A stretch of 32,000 bases of DNA from Ignicoccus pacificus DSM 13166 (GTDB taxonomy: Archaea; Thermoproteota; Thermoprotei_A; Sulfolobales; Ignicoccaceae). The notes beneath the pieces were generated by a model. It made no database searches, had not been told where the DNA came from, and worked only from the letters and a program-made list of their open reading frames with translations. This document shows positions 27,375 through 32,000 of the stretch, piece by piece. The DNA lies in contig CP006868.1 in NCBI GenBank assembly GCA_025340205.1, positions 1,620,001 to 1,652,000 of the forward strand. The letters run 5' to 3'. The translations under genes were made by a program, and so were the position numbers. The number at the start of each line of letters is the position of its first letter. The first letter of the stretch is position 1.

Positions 27375-27517
27375 GTCCAAATGTAAAAACAGCGGTAACC
27401 CTTGAGTTGGATAATAGGACATCTATCAGTGGTTGGACTAAGTGATAATGTAGTACAAATGGTCCAGATGTCCATTGGACGAACAAACTAGTTGTACCGA
27501 GATAATTAGTTGTCCAA
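27375..27517. repeat. Cluster of TTGGAC/GTCCAA elements upstream of the ATPase, including the 11-bp palindrome GTCCA-T-TGGAC (27470-27480)
   Basis: Cores at 27375 (-), 27433 (+), 27475 (+), 27512 (-). Confidence 0.65.
27472..27480 (+). repeat. Right copy of the 9-bp direct repeat CCATTGGAC
   Basis: Identical to 25819-25827. Confidence 0.5.
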
Positions 27518-27534
27518 GTGTCCTGCAGGAGTGG

Positions 27535-28155
27535 GTGCTACTCGAGTTGCCCGCTCGTCCCAAGATAATCACAAAAGTACTTGAATCAATCTATCCTCTT
27601 CATGACGATGTTGTCGCTATAAAGTTCATTGAAAGAGGTTATTATAAGAGGGCATTAGAACTGTTAGGTAATTGGAAAAGGATACTAGAGGTAGGATGTG
27701 GTACTGGAAGACTGTTAGAGGTGGCTAGAGAGAACGGGAAACCCTTGTGGGGTCTTGATATATCACTGAAGTTCCTAAAAATTTCGAAAGAAAGGTTCAA
27801 GGATTATCCCGCAGACTTCGTCTACGGAACTGCTACAAACCTACCTTTTCGCTCCAACTCCTTTGATGGAGTTCTAACATTCACCATGATTCATCACTTG
27901 ACTAAGGAGGAAAAAATACAAATGATAGAGGAGATAGCCAAGCTCTCCGATAAGTATGCCTTTGGAGAAGTAGGTAAGAGGATATGCTGGAGTGCTATTC
28001 TACTAAAGATAATAGGGTCTAAGGACTTGATATCAAAGGAGTTATTCAAGAAGGCTGGAATGAAAATAGAGAGATGGGAAGATCCTAAGGGATTTTGTTT
28101 GATCATTGGGTTGGCGAGAAGATTAAGTGGCCCGGTACGCCGAGATGCACGGTAG
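27535..28155 (+). CDS. Class I SAM-dependent methyltransferase
   Basis: RILEVGCGTGRLLEVARENGKPLWGLDISLKFLKISKER...DGVLTFTMIHHL; GTG at 27535 with AGGAG at 27527-27531 preferred. Confidence 0.85.
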   Translation: MLLELPARPKIITKVLESIYPLHDDVVAIKFIERGYYKRALELLGNWKRILEVGCGTGRLLEVARENGKPLWGLDISLKFLKISKERFKDYPADFVYGTATNLPFRSNSFDGVLTFTMIHHLTKEEKIQMIEEIAKLSDKYAFGEVGKRICWSAILLKIIGSKDLISKELFKKAGMKIERWEDPKGFCLIIGLARRLSGPVRRDAR

Positions 28156-28161
28156 ATCGGC

Positions 28162-29166
28162 GTGAGGATCCGCGTCTTAGCAACGCACAGCGGGGGCTAC
28201 CCGCGCCCACCGGAATGGAGAAAGAGCATAGACCTATACAACGCCGGTAAACTAGACTACATATCCTTAATGAGTACTTGGGAAAGTGCCAGTAAGAAGG
28301 TGATCTTTGAACAAGTGGAGGAAGGTCTAGACGTCGTGACCACCGGTCACTTGGCTTGGGACGATATCTTCAGACCCTTCGCTGAGGCATGGGCTGGAGT
28401 AGAACTACCTGAGGTCGGAGGTTATTACAGATACTACGAGCTAAACTTCTATTATAAGAAACCTATAATTAACGGACCTATAAGGCCTACTAGGCCTGTT
28501 ATGTTCAAGGAGCAGTTGTTAGCATCCGAGATATCGCCTAGGATGGTAAAGATATCGATACCCGGACCGTTAACCTTCGCCTTGCATGTTCAAGATGAGT
28601 TCTATGAGGATGTTGAGGAGTTGATGAATGATCTAACCTATGCCTTAGCGTATGAGGTCGAAGCCGTAGAAGGTTTGATCGACTATGTACAGATAGAGGA
28701 GCCAGCTTTGGTCGATCCCGAAGTAAAGCCAGAAGACGTAGACCTAGGTATCGAGTACATCAACAAGTTATCCAACCTAATTTCAGTTCCTGTAGTCGTT
28801 AAGACTTACTTTAAGCCCGCCGAAAGAGTGTACAAGCTACTCATGGGACTAAACGTCGACGGATTAGGATTTGATATGGTGGCTTGGAACTATGAGGACC
28901 TCAAGGAAACGATAAACGAGTACGGCTATCCGTTTGAGATAATAGACTTAGGAGTAGGCGACGCCCTGAACGTTAGGCTAGAGGCTATAGAAGAGAACGT
29001 GAGTAAGATAATGGCTGTTCTCGACGAGGCCTGTCCTAAGGAAGTTCATATAAGCCATAACTATCGCCTAGATGTACTTCCTTATTCTCATATAAGGAAG
29101 AAGCTTCGCAGGCTAGCGGAGATTGCCCTTAATCTGAGGAAGGCTATTGAGGAGGGGGTGAAGTGA
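28162..29166 (+). CDS. MetE-like methionine synthase family protein, N-terminal-domain-like subunit; GTG start
   Basis: [22 protein letters not shown] ... [18 protein letters not shown] ... [11 protein letters not shown]-type pattern; [13 protein letters not shown]. Confidence 0.8.
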   Translation: MRIRVLATHSGGYPRPPEWRKSIDLYNAGKLDYISLMSTWESASKKVIFEQVEEGLDVVTTGHLAWDDIFRPFAEAWAGVELPEVGGYYRYYELNFYYKKPIINGPIRPTRPVMFKEQLLASEISPRMVKISIPGPLTFALHVQDEFYEDVEELMNDLTYALAYEVEAVEGLIDYVQIEEPALVDPEVKPEDVDLGIEYINKLSNLISVPVVVKTYFKPAERVYKLLMGLNVDGLGFDMVAWNYEDLKETINEYGYPFEIIDLGVGDALNVRLEAIEENVSKIMAVLDEACPKEVHISHNYRLDVLPYSHIRKKLRRLAEIALNLRKAIEEGVK

Positions 29167-29167
29167 G

Positions 29168-30196
29168 ATGAGTGAGTACAAGGTGCCTAAGGTATTACCT
29201 ACAACAGTCGTCGGGAGCTATCCCAAGTTTCCAATAGCCAAGAAGGCGTTGAAGCTGAAGGAAAAGGGTCAAATTTCCGATGAGGAATTCGAGAAGATGA
29301 TAAAGGAAGCGATAAGGATGGCAGTAGAGGATCAGATAAAGGCCGGCGTTGACATAATTTCCGATGGTGAACAGAGAAGAGAAGACATGGAGGTTTACTT
29401 TGCTGAGAGGATGGATGGGTTCGTCGTCGGGAATAAGCCAGAGGACTGGGTAAGGATATTCGACAACGTGCACTATAGGAAACCCATAGTGGTTGGTAAG
29501 ATCGCTTGGAAGGAGCCCATGACCCTAACCGACTGGAAGTATGCTACCGAATTCTCACAAGGTAGGCCAGTTAAGGCGATCATCACCGGACCTTATACTA
29601 TGGCTGACTGGGCGTTTGATGACTACTATGGAGATAAGAAACAGTTGATAATAGACTTAGCAAAGGCCCTTCATAAGGAACTGAAGGTTCTCTACGAGGC
29701 CGGAGCTCGCTATCTGCAAGTCGACGAGCCAGCGCTTTCAACTCACCCCTACAAGGAGGATATTGAAATAGCGAAGGAGGCACTAGCTATAGTATTCCAA
29801 GGCATGAGCGACGCAAAGAAGATCGTTCACATATGCCACGGACGCGTAGAGAAACTGTTCCCAGATATCCTAGATTACCCTGTTGACCAATTCGATCTGG
29901 AGTTCGTGAATAATAATTTCGAGCTTCTACCGGTATTAAAAGAGTACGATTATGCCGGTAGCGGAAAGGAGCTAGGTTACGGAGTGATAGACATACATTC
30001 CAAGAAGGTGGAGTCTAAGGAGTTCATTAAAGATGCTATACATAAGGTACTAGAGTTCATGCCTCCAGAGAAGGTCTACGTGAAGCCGGACTGCGGTCTA
30101 AAGATACTCGGTGATAGGGACATCGCCTTCCAGAAGATGAAAGTGATGGTAGAAGCTACCAAGGAGGTAAGGAAAGAGTTAGGGTATGAGGAGTGA
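29168..30196 (+). CDS. Cobalamin-independent-type (MetE C-terminal/core) methionine synthase
   Basis: [12 protein letters not shown]...[19 protein letters not shown]...[14 protein letters not shown]...HICHGR...[12 protein letters not shown]. Confidence 0.88.
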   Translation: MSEYKVPKVLPTTVVGSYPKFPIAKKALKLKEKGQISDEEFEKMIKEAIRMAVEDQIKAGVDIISDGEQRREDMEVYFAERMDGFVVGNKPEDWVRIFDNVHYRKPIVVGKIAWKEPMTLTDWKYATEFSQGRPVKAIITGPYTMADWAFDDYYGDKKQLIIDLAKALHKELKVLYEAGARYLQVDEPALSTHPYKEDIEIAKEALAIVFQGMSDAKKIVHICHGRVEKLFPDILDYPVDQFDLEFVNNNFELLPVLKEYDYAGSGKELGYGVIDIHSKKVESKEFIKDAIHKVLEFMPPEKVYVKPDCGLKILGDRDIAFQKMKVMVEATKEVRKELGYEE

Positions 30197-30853
30197 TCAT
30201 TCCTTTTTAGCGTAGAGCTCCAGTAGGTTGCACTTCTCGTTGGCGCTGCTCAACGCGCCCTTGAACTCATCAAGGGAAGTTATCACTATGGTATCAGTTC
30301 CTACGCTTATGTTTATCGCTATCTTGTCTGGACACATCTCTCCCTTTATCGCTCCTTGACACTCTTCGCCTCCTAGGAGACCCTCTATTCTGAGACAACT
30401 CGTAGTTTCTATTTGGGAGAGCGCGTCGTAGAGCAGCGTCAGATCTCCTTTCGCAGCTGCGTGGAATTCAACCAAGTTTCTGAGTTCGACGGGAGCGGAA
30501 ATAGTCAATGAGACTCTAGCCATAGGATTTTCCTCAAGATCTATTTCGACTTTGTGTTCGTCGAGCTCTATTATTTCCGCGTACCCCTCGGCTCTGTCTA
30601 AAGCTTGCTCTAATATAGGAATAGCTTCGGTACCGACGAGCAGTCTTCCGTTCTTCTCAATTTCTAGTCCCACCACTCTATTCTTGTTCATTTCTATCCT
30701 TATCAATACAGTATCGTTACCCACCCTACCGTCGAAGACTATTCTTCCTATGAACTTTTTCGAGGAAAGGTCGATAAGTAGGTCCCTCAAGCTCAGCTCA
30801 AAGGGACCTACTCGCTTGAAGCCGATGGTCTTTCCTCTGCTAATGAAAGGCAT
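30197..30853 (-). CDS. Hypothetical protein, possibly DUF2226/DUF4388-like
   Basis: FIGRIVFDGRVGNDTVLIRIEMNKNRVVGLEIEKNGRLLVGTEAIPILEQALDRAEGYAEIIEL; adjoins its upstream partner. Confidence 0.6.
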   Translation of the reverse strand: MPFISRGKTIGFKRVGPFELSLRDLLIDLSSKKFIGRIVFDGRVGNDTVLIRIEMNKNRVVGLEIEKNGRLLVGTEAIPILEQALDRAEGYAEIIELDEHKVEIDLEENPMARVSLTISAPVELRNLVEFHAAAKGDLTLLYDALSQIETTSCLRIEGLLGGEECQGAIKGEMCPDKIAINISVGTDTIVITSLDEFKGALSSANEKCNLLELYAKKE

Positions 30854-30855
30854 CT

Positions 30856-31311
30856 CTAGCGTTCACCTCCAGCCTTCTTTAACTCCTCGACGACCGTGTT
30901 AAAGTTTGGAGTTTCTGGGGAAACTATGTACACTGAGAAAACGCTAGCCCCACGACCTATTAGTATGAACAAGTGGTCCTTGAAATCGCTCTTCCTCGAC
31001 TCGACGAAGAATATAACGTTCTCGAGCTCTTCCCTAAGTTCCTTAAACATTCTAGCCGTATCGTCTTGAAGATCCTTCCCTAAAACTAAGAAGGATTTGT
31101 GAAGTACTATTCTCGGTTTCTCATTAAGGAGTTGACCTTCAGGTGGTTTAGTCTTATAACCCAATATCTTGTACCTCACGAGCTCTCGTCTGCTCTGGAT
31201 GGTTATCGCGGAAACGGCAGTTCCTATCTCACTTAGTTCGTTACCTAACTGTTCGATCAGTTTCTTGAGCTTGTTGATGAAGTCATCGGCACCAAAGCCA
31301 ATTATTATCAT
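30856..31311 (-). CDS. Hypothetical protein (151 aa) in a compact cluster
   Basis: ORF with a 4-bp overlap with the upstream gene. Confidence 0.6.
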   Translation of the reverse strand: MIIIGFGADDFINKLKKLIEQLGNELSEIGTAVSAITIQSRRELVRYKILGYKTKPPEGQLLNEKPRIVLHKSFLVLGKDLQDDTARMFKELREELENVIFFVESRKSDFKDHLFILIGRGASVFSVYIVSPETPNFNTVVEELKKAGGER

Positions 31312-31991
31312 GCCTTCACAACCCCCGTAACAACGTTTTTCGCTTTTTCAACAATTCTTCTATCTATTTTGAAGTTTATTGGAGGACACGAAAGAGGTTT
31401 AGCATGGGTAACTATCCACTTGCCCGGACTTTCTATTGGGTAATTAAACGCGTCCGCGCCAGTTATGGGTTCAACTTGCTCTGGCATGGAAAGAGAAGCA
31501 CCTATCACTACCTTATTACAGATCACGATATCGAGTACCCACCTATCAGTAACTGAAACTATGTTGTATGCCATCGTATCTGCCATCAACAAATCCTTTA
31601 GTGTTAACACCGGTGTATCAACGACTAGTAGATCACTTCCCCACTTCTTGTCGTCGACGGCTACAGAGCCGGGTTCAAATAAGTGAATGACCGGAAACAA
31701 TATTCCTTCGAGAACGACACCTTCTGTTACGACGACCTCTTTTATTAAAGAGAGGAGAGACTCTATAGAGTCCAACTTTATGTAATCTTTGTCATTGCTT
31801 TCGACGATGAGTTCAGGATCACTCATTTCTATTATGCTTATATCTACATCCCTACCTATTGAGAAGGCCGTTAAATCACCCTTGTACGCTATAGGTACAC
31901 CGTCAACCATAAGAATGTCCAAGGTAGGCCACTTGACAGAGATCTTACCCTTCAAGCCTTTAGAACGAGCATAGTTCAAAGCATTTAACAT
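31308..31991 (-). CDS. Hypothetical protein, possibly distantly similar to the 30197-30853 product
   Basis: ARSKGLKGKISVKWPTLDILMVDGVPIAYKGDLTAFSIGRDVDISIIEM; 4-bp overlap with the downstream gene; upstream context lies outside the window. Confidence 0.6.
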   Translation of the reverse strand: MLNALNYARSKGLKGKISVKWPTLDILMVDGVPIAYKGDLTAFSIGRDVDISIIEMSDPELIVESNDKDYIKLDSIESLLSLIKEVVVTEGVVLEGILFPVIHLFEPGSVAVDDKKWGSDLLVVDTPVLTLKDLLMADTMAYNIVSVTDRWVLDIVICNKVVIGASLSMPEQVEPITGADAFNYPIESPGKWIVTHAKPLSCPPINFKIDRRIVEKAKNVVTGVVKA

Positions 31992-32000
31992 GTTCTTATA

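Noticed and set aside
27361-27486. N-terminal extension of the AAA+ ATPase ORF (MFVQWTSGPFVLHYHLVQPL...)
   Set aside because: Covers the TTGGAC motif cluster; GTG starts at 27360/27348 follow a GGGGAG-like sequence and give a more natural N-terminus.
1-32000. CRISPR array, transposase, integrase, tRNA or rRNA genes
   Set aside because: None was recognised by eye. A tRNAscan-SE, Infernal or minced run would be needed to exclude short or intron-containing tRNAs.

Overview
Gene-dense accessory-poor chromosomal window, most likely from a thermophilic crenarchaeon (Thermoproteota). This is suggested by SBDS, PCNA, CDC48, Trm10, Pth2, aconitase-X type phosphomevalonate dehydratase, and a CedA/CedB-like DNA-import pair. 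Many genes seem to use GTG or TTG starts, and tail-to-tail genes are packed so tightly that six of seven convergent pairs overlap or abut. No rRNA, tRNA, CRISPR array or obvious transposase was recognised. The most unusual locus is about 25.8-27.5 kb. The only large convergent gap in the window (about 320 bp) holds TTTGGACAAgg-type repeats spaced exactly 11 bp apart, in opposite orientations on either side of an AT-rich stretch. It lies next to an AAA+ ATPase with a C-terminal winged helix (Orc1/Cdc6-like in layout), whose upstream region carries the same motif. A 9-bp direct repeat (CCATTGGAC) brackets the segment. This looks like an origin-like, autoregulated or integrated replicon-like module and deserves follow-up. 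Other leads are a TtuA/Ncs6-type tRNA thiolase with an apparent C-terminal beta-grasp (ubiquitin/ThiS-like) domain lacking a GG tail, a CedA/CedB-like pair with a 97-bp antisense 3' overlap, an unlisted 36-aa basic ORF at 24836-24946, and an overlapping three-gene hypothetical cluster at the right edge. All family calls come from motif and sequence recognition only; no database search was run.
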